64,000 nt of DNA from Candidatus Latescibacterota bacterium (lineage in GTDB: Bacteria; Latescibacterota; UBA2968; GCA-2709665). Where the stretch lies: positions 4,160,001 to 4,224,000 of the forward strand of contig OZ250150.1 of assembly GCA_965237675.1 (NCBI GenBank), in the 5' to 3' direction. This document shows positions 1 to 10,396 of this stretch, one piece after another. The number at the start of each line of letters is the position of its first letter. Positions within the stretch are counted from its first letter, which is position 1. The translations under genes were made by a program, and so were the position numbers. The notes under the pieces are model-generated. The model ran no database searches and was not told where the DNA came from. It was given only the letters and a program-made list of their open reading frames with translations.

Positions 1-1
1 C

Positions 2-154
2 GAACTCATCCATGAACTCGTCGCGGTGATTTACTACCGGGGCACCGTCTTCGACCTCCTCGAAATGCCACACTACCATCCCACGCTCGCCGAAATCATC
101 ACGTATCCCGCCGAAGAACTGAGCGAACGTTTGAAGCGGGTGAAACACGAATAG
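2..154 (+). CDS. C-terminal fragment of a pyridine nucleotide-disulfide oxidoreductase (dihydrolipoyl dehydrogenase/MerA-like), 5' end outside the window
   Basis: Manual translation from nt 2: ELIHELVAVIYYRGTVFDLLEMPHYHPTLAEIITYPAEELSERLKRVKHE*. Contains the HPTxxE motif of the dimerisation domain. Not in the ORF track. Confidence 0.85.
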   Translation, partial: ELIHELVAVIYYRGTVFDLLEMPHYHPTLAEIITYPAEELSERLKRVKHE

Positions 155-1541
155 GCGACCGTTCGCCCTCAGCCTGCTTTTTTCGTCCGATATCGGCAAG
201 ACGGTGCACAAAGAAAACCGTTAAGGGTACGAAAAACATGGCGATCCAGAACATCGGCCGATATGAAATCCATGCCACCAGCGCACCGGCCAACACCGGG
301 AGAAACCCCTGTGGCAGCGCAAACATATTCAGGAAACTGGTATACGTGGGCCGGCGTTTCTCCGGCGCGAGTTCGAGCACATAGCCCATTCGGCCGTTGA
401 ACATAGCGCTACTGGCAAAACCCGAAAAAACAAACGTCAGCGCATAAAAGACAACCTGCACGTCGAATGCCCACCCGATCCCCCAATCCGAAAGGGGCGC
501 GATCGACCGGGACGGCACATACCTTGCCAGCAACGGGACGGCAACCGACAACGACATCAGATAAGAACCGCAGACCAGCAACGCCCGATTGCCTTTCCGA
601 TGCCCCACATGAGCCCACAACACGTTCGACAGAACCGTGCTCACCTGCATCACAGAAACGAAAACACCGACGTAGAACAGTCCCAAACCCAGGTCCGTGA
701 TCGCGTACGGCACGTAAAAGGTCGAACCCATCATAATAAACGACCACAGAAGTTGCATCCCGCACAAACGCCTGTAGTTGGCATCGTTCTTCAGAAGCCG
801 CAGCCCGCTGCTCAAGTAGGTCGACAGCGGTTGTCGAAGGTGCCGTACGGGGCCGACCGGCTCACGAATCCTGCTGAAGACGAAGACCGCAAGCCCATTG
901 CCCAATCCCGCCAGCAGAAACAGCATTGCATAGTTCGATGGAAATAAAATTCCGCTTCGGTCGCTGAGCACGAAAGAAATCACCCCGCCAGCGGCCAAGG
1001 CGGTGATCCCGCCGCACAGCCGACGTACCGCGAAAAGACGCGCCCGGTCTCCGTGCGGGACCACCTTTCCTACAATATCCATCCAAGGGACGTTCCATAT
1101 ACCCATCATGGATGTGGAAATCGCATAAAGGATCATAAAACAACACAGAAAAAAAAAGGGCTGACGACCACCGATAAGGTACGTCAGCCCTGCGATCACC
1201 ACCCAGACGGAACTGCGAAGCCAGCCAGCCAGGAGCAAGAACGGCATCTTGCGTTTTCTGTTTTCAATGATCCGGGATATAAATACCTGTGGCCAGGCCC
1301 ACCCGATCCGCATCAGCGCGCCGGCCAGGCCGACTGCGATGCTGGAGGACGTCAGCGACTGCACAAATGCCGGCAAGAGCATATCCGAACTGGCCAACGT
1401 CATCGCCATGAAGACCAGCCCGCCGTTCAAGATCAACAGCCGGCTGTTCCGGCGGGCTTCCGCCGGATCCGGTTCCTCGGGCTCAGCTTCCGCCCGCCTC
1501 CAGTGCGCAGATGAAAATTCTCTCATACCGCACGTTTCCAT
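99..1541 (-). CDS. MFS transporter
   Basis: 480 aa with about 12 hydrophobic segments in two halves; start may be the second Met (MREFS). Confidence 0.85.
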   Translation of the reverse strand: METCGMREFSSAHWRRAEAEPEEPDPAEARRNSRLLILNGGLVFMAMTLASSDMLLPAFVQSLTSSSIAVGLAGALMRIGWAWPQVFISRIIENRKRKMPFLLLAGWLRSSVWVVIAGLTYLIGGRQPFFFLCCFMILYAISTSMMGIWNVPWMDIVGKVVPHGDRARLFAVRRLCGGITALAAGGVISFVLSDRSGILFPSNYAMLFLLAGLGNGLAVFVFSRIREPVGPVRHLRQPLSTYLSSGLRLLKNDANYRRLCGMQLLWSFIMMGSTFYVPYAITDLGLGLFYVGVFVSVMQVSTVLSNVLWAHVGHRKGNRALLVCGSYLMSLSVAVPLLARYVPSRSIAPLSDWGIGWAFDVQVVFYALTFVFSGFASSAMFNGRMGYVLELAPEKRRPTYTSFLNMFALPQGFLPVLAGALVAWISYRPMFWIAMFFVPLTVFFVHRLADIGRKKQAEGERSPIRVSPASNVRSVLRRDT

Positions 1542-1631
1542 CTCTCAAACGCGCCGGTAGCCGGGCCAATCCCCCTCTCATAGGATATCATTCCCGTTAA
1601 TATTACTGCCGTCGGGGCGCGGCTGGTGGTC

Positions 1632-3260
1632 TCAGATTCCAATCGCATAGCCATCCCGCCTTGGATCCGCACCCCCCATCATCGCGCTGCTTTCCGGATC
1701 CACGGCAATGCCCTGAGCGCCGCCGGTAATGGGGGAGAATGCATCGACAACGTCTATCTGATGCCCGCGACGAACCAGGCCGGATCGGATATCGGGCGGT
1801 ACGCGGGACTCCATATATACGCGCGTGCCCGGATGTTGAAAACGAAACCTTGGAGCCTCGATCGCCGCCTGGATGTTCATCCCGTAATCCAGAAAATTGG
1901 TTGTGAATTGGGTCGTCGTCTGTTGAATTCCCCAACTTCCGGGCGTGCCCAGAACTGCCACAAGGCTGCCGCCTTTAAAGATCTGGCACGGCGAAAGACA
2001 CATATCGATCTTCTTATGGGGTTCGATCCGATTGGGGCTGCCGGGCGCCGTGTCCGCCCATTTGATGAAATTGTTCAGGAACATGCCGGTCTTCCCCAGA
2101 ATCGCGCCCGATCCGAATCCGGAGCCGAGGCTCTGCGTAACGGCCACGGCGTTGCCCGCGGCATCGACCACGTCGAAGTGCGTCGTGCAATCGTTGAGCC
2201 ACGCGCCCGGCTTCCCCGGCGGCACCTCACCCGGCAATCTGGCCATCGTATAATATTCACCCTGGTTCGCCGCGGCACGCTCTCCAATCAGCGCCCTGCG
2301 CTCCTCAGCATATGCCTTTGATAGCAATCCGTCCAAAGGGGCGTCCTGCGCCGCGGCATAGGCAACCCGGTCGGAGTTGCCCAGCTTCAGGACCTCGATG
2401 AACTGGTGGAGCGCCTCCTCCGAATGATGGCCCATATCCCGCAGATCGTATCCCTCGAGCATGTTGAGCGCCTGCAGGATGTGAAAGCCGGCGCTTGGAG
2501 GCGGCGGGCAGTACACCCGGTAACCGCGGTAGGATGTTGAAATGGCATCCTCCCATTCAACCTCAAAATCCGCAAGGTCTCTCCCGGAAAGCAGACCGCC
2601 TTCGGCCTGTACATACCCGGAAATCTCCTTCGCCACGTCGCCCCTGTAAAAAATCTCCGCACCCCCTTCGACCACCCTCCGGAATGTCCCCGCGAGGTCC
2701 TTTTGGATCAGAACTTCACCCGGAAGCGGCGCCCGCCCCCTGCTTAGCATCACCTCGGCGCCCGTCGGCCGCATTCGGGGAACGGCATCTTTCATGAATT
2801 TGGCGTTTTTCACCGTAGCCGCGAAGCCGTTCTCCGCCAATTCGATTGCAGGTCCGAATACGGTTGCCCGGTCCATCGTTCCATACCTCTCAAGAAGCTC
2901 CAGCCATCCTCCGCAGGCCCCTGGAACCAGACACGACATCACGCCGCCGTCCTGCATATCGGTTGTCGGGAACGCCTCCGAGGTGGCGTCGTGCGGTGTG
3001 CGTCCGCAATAATCCAAAACACGCACGCGTCTTTCCGCGGCGCAATAGATGAGCGCATAACCTACCCCGGCAATGCCCGACATATACGGCTCGACGACAT
3101 TGAGCGCCGCCGCGACAGCAACCGCCGCGTCGAACGCATTGCCCTGCTCAAGGAGCATGCGAACCCCGGCGAGGCTTGCCAACGGATGTGCGCTGGCAAC
3201 CATTCCCCGGGTGCCAGTGACCGTGGATCGATGCACGTTTCCAACAGATGCAAAAGCCAT
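1632..3260 (-). CDS. ggt: Gamma-glutamyltransferase family (Ntn hydrolase), no signal peptide
   Basis: GMVASAHPLAS, GNAFDAAVA, autoprocessing Thr in TTHFDVVDAAGNAVAVTQSL, GTPGS, C-terminal GGADPRRDG. Confidence 0.92.
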   Translation of the reverse strand: MAFASVGNVHRSTVTGTRGMVASAHPLASLAGVRMLLEQGNAFDAAVAVAAALNVVEPYMSGIAGVGYALIYCAAERRVRVLDYCGRTPHDATSEAFPTTDMQDGGVMSCLVPGACGGWLELLERYGTMDRATVFGPAIELAENGFAATVKNAKFMKDAVPRMRPTGAEVMLSRGRAPLPGEVLIQKDLAGTFRRVVEGGAEIFYRGDVAKEISGYVQAEGGLLSGRDLADFEVEWEDAISTSYRGYRVYCPPPPSAGFHILQALNMLEGYDLRDMGHHSEEALHQFIEVLKLGNSDRVAYAAAQDAPLDGLLSKAYAEERRALIGERAAANQGEYYTMARLPGEVPPGKPGAWLNDCTTHFDVVDAAGNAVAVTQSLGSGFGSGAILGKTGMFLNNFIKWADTAPGSPNRIEPHKKIDMCLSPCQIFKGGSLVAVLGTPGSWGIQQTTTQFTTNFLDYGMNIQAAIEAPRFRFQHPGTRVYMESRVPPDIRSGLVRRGHQIDVVDAFSPITGGAQGIAVDPESSAMMGGADPRRDGYAIGI

Positions 3261-3601
3261 TGATTTTATTCCTTAACCGATAGGTCCTTCGGGTTGTCGG
3301 ATCAGCTAGGGGCCTGGTACACCGCTGCCGTTCCATCGTGAAATGGAACTTGTGTTTTTGAGACGTTTCGGAACAATCCGCAAGGCTTCCAAATCCGAAA
3401 CGGGCTGTCAAATCGCGTGCCACGCCAACCACTCGATACGCGGAAGATAGGCTAACGGAGTCTGGAAGTCAATGGCCGTTTCCCGGTCTCATCCGCCACG
3501 TTTCTGCTTGACAAAGCGAGGCTATCATGGCTTCTTATACGATTCCCGTCCATTCACCCGTGCCAGGGTCGTGCGTGGCCCCCACGTCATACAAACGCCC
3601 C

Positions 3602-4633
3602 ATGAATCGAAAATTACCACTGATACAAACCAGCGTGATCGGAAGCTACGCGCTGCCGGGTTGGCTCTGGGCGGCCGTGGATCAAATCGATGAGGGCAAC
3701 TTCGGTCCCACCGATATCCGGGAAACCTTCGATGATGCCGTCCAACTCGCAATGCTGGATCAGCGAAGAGCGGGTGTGGATGTCATCTCGGATGGCGAGA
3801 TGCGGCGCTGGTATTTCGTACAGAGCTTCTACCGCCGCTTCAAGGGACTTGCGTCCAGGCCGACACTTCGACGAATGGGCGTCTACGGTTACGACAGCGT
3901 ACCGCGGTGGTGGCCGGAAGAACGGATTCAGGTGCCCGATGGCCTGGGTATTGTCGAGGAGTTTCAATTCGCCAGGTCCGTCACGGATCATCCGATAAAA
4001 GCCACCTGCCCCGGTCCGCTTACGCTGACCATACACATCCAGCTTAAAGACGACCACATTTACAGAGACCGAATCGAACTCGCGTACGAGTTCGCGGGAG
4101 TGGTAAACAACGAACTCAAACGCCTCGTTGACGCAGGGGCGGAATTCATTCAGCTTGACGAACCCTCATTTTCCATTGTACCCGGAGACGCCCGCAGCTG
4201 GATTGACCTGTTCAATGAAACCGTAAAGGGCGTTAACGCCAAGATCGGTCTGCACATCTGTTTCGGAAACCTGGGCAGCCGCCCGCGGGGCAAACGCAGA
4301 TACGACTGGATGCTCGACGACATCCTTCGCGCCGACGCCGAACAGATCTCCCTGGAATTTGCGAACCGGGAACTTGTGGAACTGGAACTTTGCGGGGAAA
4401 TCGCTAAGGTGAAGGAGGTCGCCGCCGGCCTGGTCGACATTAAATCCTTTTATGTGGAAACGCCCGAGGATGTCGCAGAACGGGTGCGACTGACCCTCCA
4501 ACACGTCCCGCCGGAAAAACTGACCGTCACGCCGGACTGCGGTTTCTTTCAGTTGCCCAGATGGCTGGCCTTTCAGAAACTCCGGAATATGGTTCAAGGC
4601 GTCAAAATCGTCCGCAGGGAATTGGGAGGATAG
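3602..4633 (+). CDS. Single-domain (core) cobalamin-independent methionine synthase II family protein
   Basis: DVISDGEMRR, IQLDEP, Zn ligands in HIC, LEF and PDCG. No N-terminal folate-binding half. ATG at 3602 preferred over the track start at 3527. Confidence 0.85.
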   Translation: MNRKLPLIQTSVIGSYALPGWLWAAVDQIDEGNFGPTDIRETFDDAVQLAMLDQRRAGVDVISDGEMRRWYFVQSFYRRFKGLASRPTLRRMGVYGYDSVPRWWPEERIQVPDGLGIVEEFQFARSVTDHPIKATCPGPLTLTIHIQLKDDHIYRDRIELAYEFAGVVNNELKRLVDAGAEFIQLDEPSFSIVPGDARSWIDLFNETVKGVNAKIGLHICFGNLGSRPRGKRRYDWMLDDILRADAEQISLEFANRELVELELCGEIAKVKEVAAGLVDIKSFYVETPEDVAERVRLTLQHVPPEKLTVTPDCGFFQLPRWLAFQKLRNMVQGVKIVRRELGG

Positions 4634-4747
4634 GCATGCCAACGCCCGACCCCAGAAAGAGGGGTTCGTATCCGGAACGAAGTCCGATGCCGTTTTTTCT
4701 GTATCCCGTGTCCCCGCCCCGGACGGAGACATGTAGAGGAGCGTAAC

Positions 4748-5872
4748 ATGGATGTGGTTGAAGTCACTGCCGACCTGGTTTCTTACAACTCTGCCAGTCA
4801 GTTCAGTAATACACCGGTATCCAAGGCTATTTCCAGATGGATGTGCCAGGCGGGCATGTCGGTCGAATTCGTCAATTACAAGGACCACGAGGGCACGCCA
4901 AAAACAAACGTCATCGGGAAAAAAGGCAGGGGGCAAGGGGGCATTGCCCTGCTCGCCCATTCAGACGTGGTTCCTGCCGAAGGATGGGATTCGGATCCGT
5001 TCAAGCTTACGGCCAGACAGGGCAGGCTTTACGGCCGAGGCAGTGCCGATATGAAGGGGTCCGTCGCCTGTATGATCGCGGCCGCGAACGCCTTCACCGA
5101 AAAAGAACTCAAGGTTCCTGTCTACGTGATCGTCACCGCCGACGAAGAAACCGACTGCGGCGGCGCCAGGGCCGTCGCCCTAAGATCGAAAACGCTCAAG
5201 TCGTCCAAGATCCGCTACGGTATCGTCGGCGAACCCACGCTCCTCGACGTGGTATATGCCCACAAGGGCTCGCTCAAATTCGAAGCGATGGCACGGGGCA
5301 GAGCAGCACACAGCAGTACCGGAAAGGGTGTGAACGCGAATCACAAACTCATCCCGTTTTTGAACGACGTTGTCAGACTGGACGATACCTTGCGCACCGA
5401 TCCCCGGTTTCGAAACGAGGCGTTCGATCCACCACACGGAACACTGAATATTGTCTTTTCCGACGGAGATACGGCCGCAAACGTCACGGCGCCCGTTAGC
5501 CGGGCTGTCATTAACTGTCGTCCCATGCCAGACCAGAACTGGAAACCCATCATCAATCGCGTGGAACGCCTGGCGGAAAAACATGGTGTCCAGGTTAAAT
5601 TGCCGAAAGCCCTGGATCCGCTCAGCACGAACACGGATTCTCCGATTGTGCGGGAAGCGCTTCAGATCACAGGCACGAGGAAGCCCAGGACCGTCGCCTA
5701 CGGAACGGATGGCATGGTATTTGGAAAGACGATGGAACTGGTCGTTATGGGACCTGGCAATATCCAGCAGGCGCACACAGTGGATGAATGGATCGCCACG
5801 GATCAACTCCTCATGGGTTTGGACGTCTTCACAAAAATGGTACATCGTTTCTGCATCGAAAATCCCGTCTGA
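4748..5872 (+). CDS. M20 family amidohydrolase (ArgE/acetylornithine deacetylase-like)
   Basis: HSDVVP, GRGSADMKG, ADEE, GEPT, AHTVDEW; RBS GAGGAG upstream. Confidence 0.88.
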   Translation: MDVVEVTADLVSYNSASQFSNTPVSKAISRWMCQAGMSVEFVNYKDHEGTPKTNVIGKKGRGQGGIALLAHSDVVPAEGWDSDPFKLTARQGRLYGRGSADMKGSVACMIAAANAFTEKELKVPVYVIVTADEETDCGGARAVALRSKTLKSSKIRYGIVGEPTLLDVVYAHKGSLKFEAMARGRAAHSSTGKGVNANHKLIPFLNDVVRLDDTLRTDPRFRNEAFDPPHGTLNIVFSDGDTAANVTAPVSRAVINCRPMPDQNWKPIINRVERLAEKHGVQVKLPKALDPLSTNTDSPIVREALQITGTRKPRTVAYGTDGMVFGKTMELVVMGPGNIQQAHTVDEWIATDQLLMGLDVFTKMVHRFCIENPV

Positions 5873-5992
5873 TAATCGTGACTCGGGGAAGGTCGTCGGT
5901 GAGGCACACGGTTGGTCTATGGGTCCGGCACCGCACGACAGTTCACCTGGAACAGGAACGGCTTCTCTCGACCAAGACGAGGAGGACATTGG

Positions 5993-6553
5993 ATGTTTGA
6001 GACCCTGACCCGCGCACTGCTCGTCGGATTGGCGGTTTCGCTGATCATAGGTTGCGCCGACGAAACACAATACCAATTCGGATTTCGCGGCAAATGGCAA
6101 CTGGAAAGTCGACGGATGCCAGACGGGGAAATACTGCAACCGCCTTCTGTAAGTGGTCATTACGAATGGTACCCCACGGGCACGACCACGGCTCATGTCA
6201 CGGCCTCGATCTCTCTGGGCCAGGATCAGATCCAGGTTTCGGGTTACACCTACGGCTTTCAGTCGGAAGCCGTCGAATCGCAATCTTTCACCCAGGACGT
6301 ATATCTGGACATCGGCGGCGGCTACAGTACATCACCTCAAGAAACTTATAACGCGTCCGACAAAACCACAACCGGTGACATGGTCGTCAACGGTAACCAC
6401 GTCACCCTTCAAAATACAGACGGCGCAACCTACGTGTACGAAGACATCAGCATTGCAGCGATCGATAGTGTCGTCTTCAGAGCCACCTTTAAAGACGGCA
6501 CCATGGACACCTGGCGGCGATTTGCGGACCAACTGGGGGTACTGCCGAAGTAA
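5993..6553 (+). CDS. Hypothetical lipoprotein, beta-rich (possibly lipocalin-like)
   Basis: RBS GGAGG then MFETLTRALLVGLAVSLIIGC (lipobox); GKWQLES motif; Thr/Tyr-rich beta pattern. Confidence 0.65.
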   Translation: MFETLTRALLVGLAVSLIIGCADETQYQFGFRGKWQLESRRMPDGEILQPPSVSGHYEWYPTGTTTAHVTASISLGQDQIQVSGYTYGFQSEAVESQSFTQDVYLDIGGGYSTSPQETYNASDKTTTGDMVVNGNHVTLQNTDGATYVYEDISIAAIDSVVFRATFKDGTMDTWRRFADQLGVLPK

Positions 6554-6586
6554 ATCCGCTACTTGGCTTGACCATGTAAACACCGC

Positions 6587-6624
6587 AGGGGCGCGTACAG
6601 AGTCAACGCGCCCCTCGTGGTTTT
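6587..6624 (+). terminator. Putative intrinsic terminator or hairpin after the lipoprotein gene
   Basis: Perfect 10-bp stem AGGGGCGCGT/ACGCGCCCCT followed by CGTGGTTTT. Confidence 0.55.
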
Positions 6625-6641
6625 CTGGGGACAGGTAGACG

Positions 6642-8183
6642 ATGGACAGGATGTTATTGGGAAAGATTCTTCAAAAAAACGCGCGGGATCCGGGCCTTGG
6701 ACAAAAAACCGCGACAATCTTCGGCAACCGTACCCTCACATATGCCGAGTTGAACGCCCAGACGAACCGCATCGCCAACGGCCTCCTGGACCTCGACATT
6801 CGGAAGGGCGACCGAATCGGCGTTTTGAGTCGAAATTCCGACACCTACATTGCCATCTACTTCGCGCTGGCCAAATTGGGCGCCATTATGGTTCCCGTTA
6901 ATTTTTGGTATCGCAGCCGGGAAATTCACGATACGCTTCAACAGTCCGGCGCCCGTGGCCTGATCGCCCATGGGCGCTTCAAGGACGTCGTTGCCGGTGC
7001 GGGTGTCCTATCCGAACTCGAATGGACGCTCACCATCGACGATACCGGCGGCAGGGGCCTGGAGGACCTGGTGGCGAGATCGTCGGCAACCGAGCCCGAC
7101 CTCGACCTCGACGAGAACGATCCTCACATCATCCTTTATACGAGCGGTACCACGGGGTTTCCCAAGGGCGCTGTCTTCTCGCACAAGAGCCACTACCTGC
7201 AGGCCCTGTCCCTTGCCCTTGCGACCGGTGGGCACGGTAACGATATCGGTGTCGTCGTCTACCCGCTCTTCCACACCGGAGGGCCGGACTGTCTGGTGCT
7301 GCCGCATTTCCTGCTTGGCGGCACCCTGGTGATTCTCGACGGCGCGGATCCGGACGCCATCCTATCGGCCACGGCGCTGCATGGCGTAACCAACATTTTC
7401 TGCGTGCCCACCGTCTGGCGCTGGATTCTTGCGCACCAGCGAAAGAAAAACTACGACATCGATTCCGTACAGCGCTGTCTGGGTTCGTCGGATACCTTCC
7501 CGCCGGCGCTCCTCCAGGACATCCTCGCTACATTCGAAACGGACGTATACGTCACCTACGGTCTCACCGAGGCAGGCTGCATCCTTACGGTATGCCGGCT
7601 CACGGAACACGACCTGGGCAAACTCGGTTCGGTGGGCCGTCCGATTCCGTCAGTTGAACTCAGCCTGGTGGATTCACGCGGCAAGCCGGCGACTCACGGC
7701 GAGGTTGGTGAGGTTGTCGCGAAGACGCCTTCGGCCATGCTCGGATATTGGGATATGCCGGAGAAAACAGCGGAAACGATGGTGGGTGGGTGGCTACGCA
7801 CCGGAGATCTGGGCAGGATTGATAGCGATGGCAGCCTCTTCCTATCGGGCCGGGCAAAGGATTTGATCATCAGTGGCGGCGAGAACATCTATCCATTGGA
7901 AATCGAACGCCTGTTAAAGGAGAATCCGAAGATCCGTGACGCTGCGGTGGTGGGCATCCCCGACAGGGAATGGGGCGAATCCGTATTGGCGGCGGTTGTG
8001 GCGGTTGATGGCGCAGTTCTCACGCCCGATGAGGTCTCCAATTACGTGCGCGCCCGTCTGGCAGGATTCAAAAAACCCAGATGGGTGGAAATCGTCAATG
8101 AACTCCCGGTAACAACCGCCACGGGGAAAGTGCAGAAAGCTGTGTTGAGAGAAAGATTCGCACGGAAATACAGCACCCGATAA
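6642..8183 (+). CDS. AMP-binding acyl-CoA synthetase (FadD/CaiC-like)
   Basis: YTSGTTGFPKG, YGLTE, TGDLG, GGENIYP, GKVQK adenylation motifs. Confidence 0.92.
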   Translation: MDRMLLGKILQKNARDPGLGQKTATIFGNRTLTYAELNAQTNRIANGLLDLDIRKGDRIGVLSRNSDTYIAIYFALAKLGAIMVPVNFWYRSREIHDTLQQSGARGLIAHGRFKDVVAGAGVLSELEWTLTIDDTGGRGLEDLVARSSATEPDLDLDENDPHIILYTSGTTGFPKGAVFSHKSHYLQALSLALATGGHGNDIGVVVYPLFHTGGPDCLVLPHFLLGGTLVILDGADPDAILSATALHGVTNIFCVPTVWRWILAHQRKKNYDIDSVQRCLGSSDTFPPALLQDILATFETDVYVTYGLTEAGCILTVCRLTEHDLGKLGSVGRPIPSVELSLVDSRGKPATHGEVGEVVAKTPSAMLGYWDMPEKTAETMVGGWLRTGDLGRIDSDGSLFLSGRAKDLIISGGENIYPLEIERLLKENPKIRDAAVVGIPDREWGESVLAAVVAVDGAVLTPDEVSNYVRARLAGFKKPRWVEIVNELPVTTATGKVQKAVLRERFARKYSTR

Positions 8184-8189
8184 CAGGTG

Positions 8190-9092
8190 TCAGCCACCCG
8201 AACGGATCTCTGTCCCGCTCAGATGTTCAGCCGCCCTGCATACGGCGGAGAAATCCAGGTTGCCAGCGCCGAGACCGCTTGCGGCCGCGTACATCTGGTA
8301 GGTTGCCGCGCCGATGGGCATTGGGACATTCAATGCCTTGCCAAGATCCACCCCGATTGCCAGATCCTTCTTCATCAGATCCAGCATAAATCCAGGCGCA
8401 AACGAGTTCGCGAGGAGGAAATCCGATACACGAATCTGAAACAAGGTGGAATTGGCCGAACTCACACTGATCACCTGGCGCATCACTTCGGGGTCCGCGC
8501 CCGCTCGGATGCCCAGGACCATACCCTCTGCGATGGCTGCCATATTGATGCCGCCGATCAGCTGATTGACGATCTTCACGGTCTGCCCGACGCCCACGGA
8601 TCCGACGTGGAAGATATTTTCCTCCTTGCCCATCGCTGTGAACATCCCCCTGCACCGCTCGAAATCCTTCGCCTCTCCACCGGCGATGATCGTCAATGTT
8701 CCGTTGATCGCCCCCATATCTCCCCCACTCACGGGCGCATCCATCACCGCGACACCCGTTGAGCCCGCCTTTTCCGCAATCTCACGAATCGTCAGCGGTG
8801 AAATGGTGCTCATATCCACGATCAGATTTCCCTCGGAAGCACCTTCCAGCACGCCGTTTTCGCCCAGAATCACTTCGCGTACTTCGGGATCCGCCGTTAC
8901 GATCGTAATCACGATTTCCGTGGCTTCCGCCACGGCCGCCGGAGATTCCACCGCTTTGGCGCCCAACCCCTCCATTTCGCGAATGACCTCAGGCCGACGT
9001 GCGTAGATCGTTAGATCGTACCCGGCCTTGATGAGATTGATTGCCATCGGTTTGCCCATGATGCCAAGACCGATAAACCCGACTTTCTCCAT
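8190..9092 (-). CDS. NAD(P)-dependent beta-hydroxyacid dehydrogenase (GarR/MmsB family)
   Basis: GFIGLGIMG, DAPVSGG, catalytic K in KIVNQ, FMLDLMKKDL. Confidence 0.9.
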   Translation of the reverse strand: MEKVGFIGLGIMGKPMAINLIKAGYDLTIYARRPEVIREMEGLGAKAVESPAAVAEATEIVITIVTADPEVREVILGENGVLEGASEGNLIVDMSTISPLTIREIAEKAGSTGVAVMDAPVSGGDMGAINGTLTIIAGGEAKDFERCRGMFTAMGKEENIFHVGSVGVGQTVKIVNQLIGGINMAAIAEGMVLGIRAGADPEVMRQVISVSSANSTLFQIRVSDFLLANSFAPGFMLDLMKKDLAIGVDLGKALNVPMPIGAATYQMYAAASGLGAGNLDFSAVCRAAEHLSGTEIRSGG

Positions 9093-9197
9093 CTGAACCT
9101 CCTCTTGTCTGCTTCCGTATTGGCCGATAACGAGTGTCCCTGCATCCTTTAAGGACGTCAGACGACGGGCCCGGAGTGCGTCGTCGGCTTTCTCCGG

Positions 9198-10277
9198 TCA
9201 ACCACCTTCGATACGACGTGTCTGCAAGACCATCAACTGCCCCACGGGGTTTTCGATTGCCCCCAGGGGACGCTGTTTTTCGTCCGACCAGATGTTGTTT
9301 GCCGTGATGTACAGGTGCCCGTCCGCCAATTTGCTATAACACATCTGGGGATATCGTTGCTGAGAAACCTCGGGAATCAGCAGGTCAAAGGTATCGCTTT
9401 CCGGGTGATAGGCGATAAACCGGTCCATAAAATGGTAAGGAAATCCGTCCACGCCGGTGTATGGATCGTCTTTTAGCTGAATATACGCTCCGGTCTCCTC
9501 GTCGTACCGGAATCCCGAATCGTACGTGCTCAAATTGTTCAACTGCCACCCCTGGTAAAAGACGCCGCCGCCTATGAACCCGAAATCCTCCTTCCATCCC
9601 GGCACGACCCGATCATATGTCTCTCCCGTCTGCCGGTCCAGTCGGAACAGACGACCCTCCTTGTAATTCACGACATATCGCTCGGCCCGCCCACCGGGTC
9701 GTGTCGGTGGAATCCGCTGCGCGTCTTCCGCCAGAAACTGGCGCACTTCAGGATCGTAGTAAACGCGGCGCTGCAAGCCGTCAGAACCGGGAACCCCAAA
9801 AACCTCCAGCCGCTCGGGCCAATCCAGCTCGATGATTTGTGGCAACACGCCGGGTTCCGGATATGGCATGACCTCCCCGTGGTCCGCCTCAACGTCCCAT
9901 ACAACCAGACATGGCCTCGACCGCTCCGGCATATACAGGACGTTACGCGCCTTATCCGCGTGACCATACCAGAGATTCGCCTTCGGAAACGGCTTGTCGA
10001 CGCGGTACACCCGCTCCTCCGCGACGTCGAGAACCGTCAGTTTCTCGTTCCTCTGCGGCAGAACATAGACCTTACCTCCGGCGCACAGGCATTGGCTTCC
10101 CCCATGTTTTTCAGGGATCGGAAACGTGTCGATCACCCCTTTTTCCGGCAAGTACCGGTGGAGCGCCGGCAGACTGCCCGTAAACCAGAGCGCACCGCAT
10201 TCGTCATCATCGATCCCGTACACCCTCGTATTCTCCGCATCCACCCAAACCGAATACATCCTCGGCAAATCAGGCAT
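9198..10277 (-). CDS. Hypothetical protein, possibly a beta-propeller
   Basis: 359-aa ORF filling the gap, with aromatic beta-strand repeats; no family motif recognised. Confidence 0.6.
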   Translation of the reverse strand: MPDLPRMYSVWVDAENTRVYGIDDDECGALWFTGSLPALHRYLPEKGVIDTFPIPEKHGGSQCLCAGGKVYVLPQRNEKLTVLDVAEERVYRVDKPFPKANLWYGHADKARNVLYMPERSRPCLVVWDVEADHGEVMPYPEPGVLPQIIELDWPERLEVFGVPGSDGLQRRVYYDPEVRQFLAEDAQRIPPTRPGGRAERYVVNYKEGRLFRLDRQTGETYDRVVPGWKEDFGFIGGGVFYQGWQLNNLSTYDSGFRYDEETGAYIQLKDDPYTGVDGFPYHFMDRFIAYHPESDTFDLLIPEVSQQRYPQMCYSKLADGHLYITANNIWSDEKQRPLGAIENPVGQLMVLQTRRIEGG

Positions 10278-10396
10278 CTCTGTCCTCGATCCAGTTGAAC
10301 TCCCGGATGGGCATCCCGTGACGCTCGGCCCGCCGCCAATCCGACGGACGACAAACCCTCATCGGCGTTTCGGCCTGCGAGTACTCCCGATTCGGC

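Noticed and set aside
1149-1157. A9 tract in the MFS gene as a phase-variation site
   Set aside because: In frame and simply encodes a Phe run (PFFFL) in a TM segment.
3261-3601. SAM or cobalamin riboswitch upstream of the MetE-like gene
   Set aside because: No recognisable consensus elements by eye; an Rfam scan is needed to exclude it fully.
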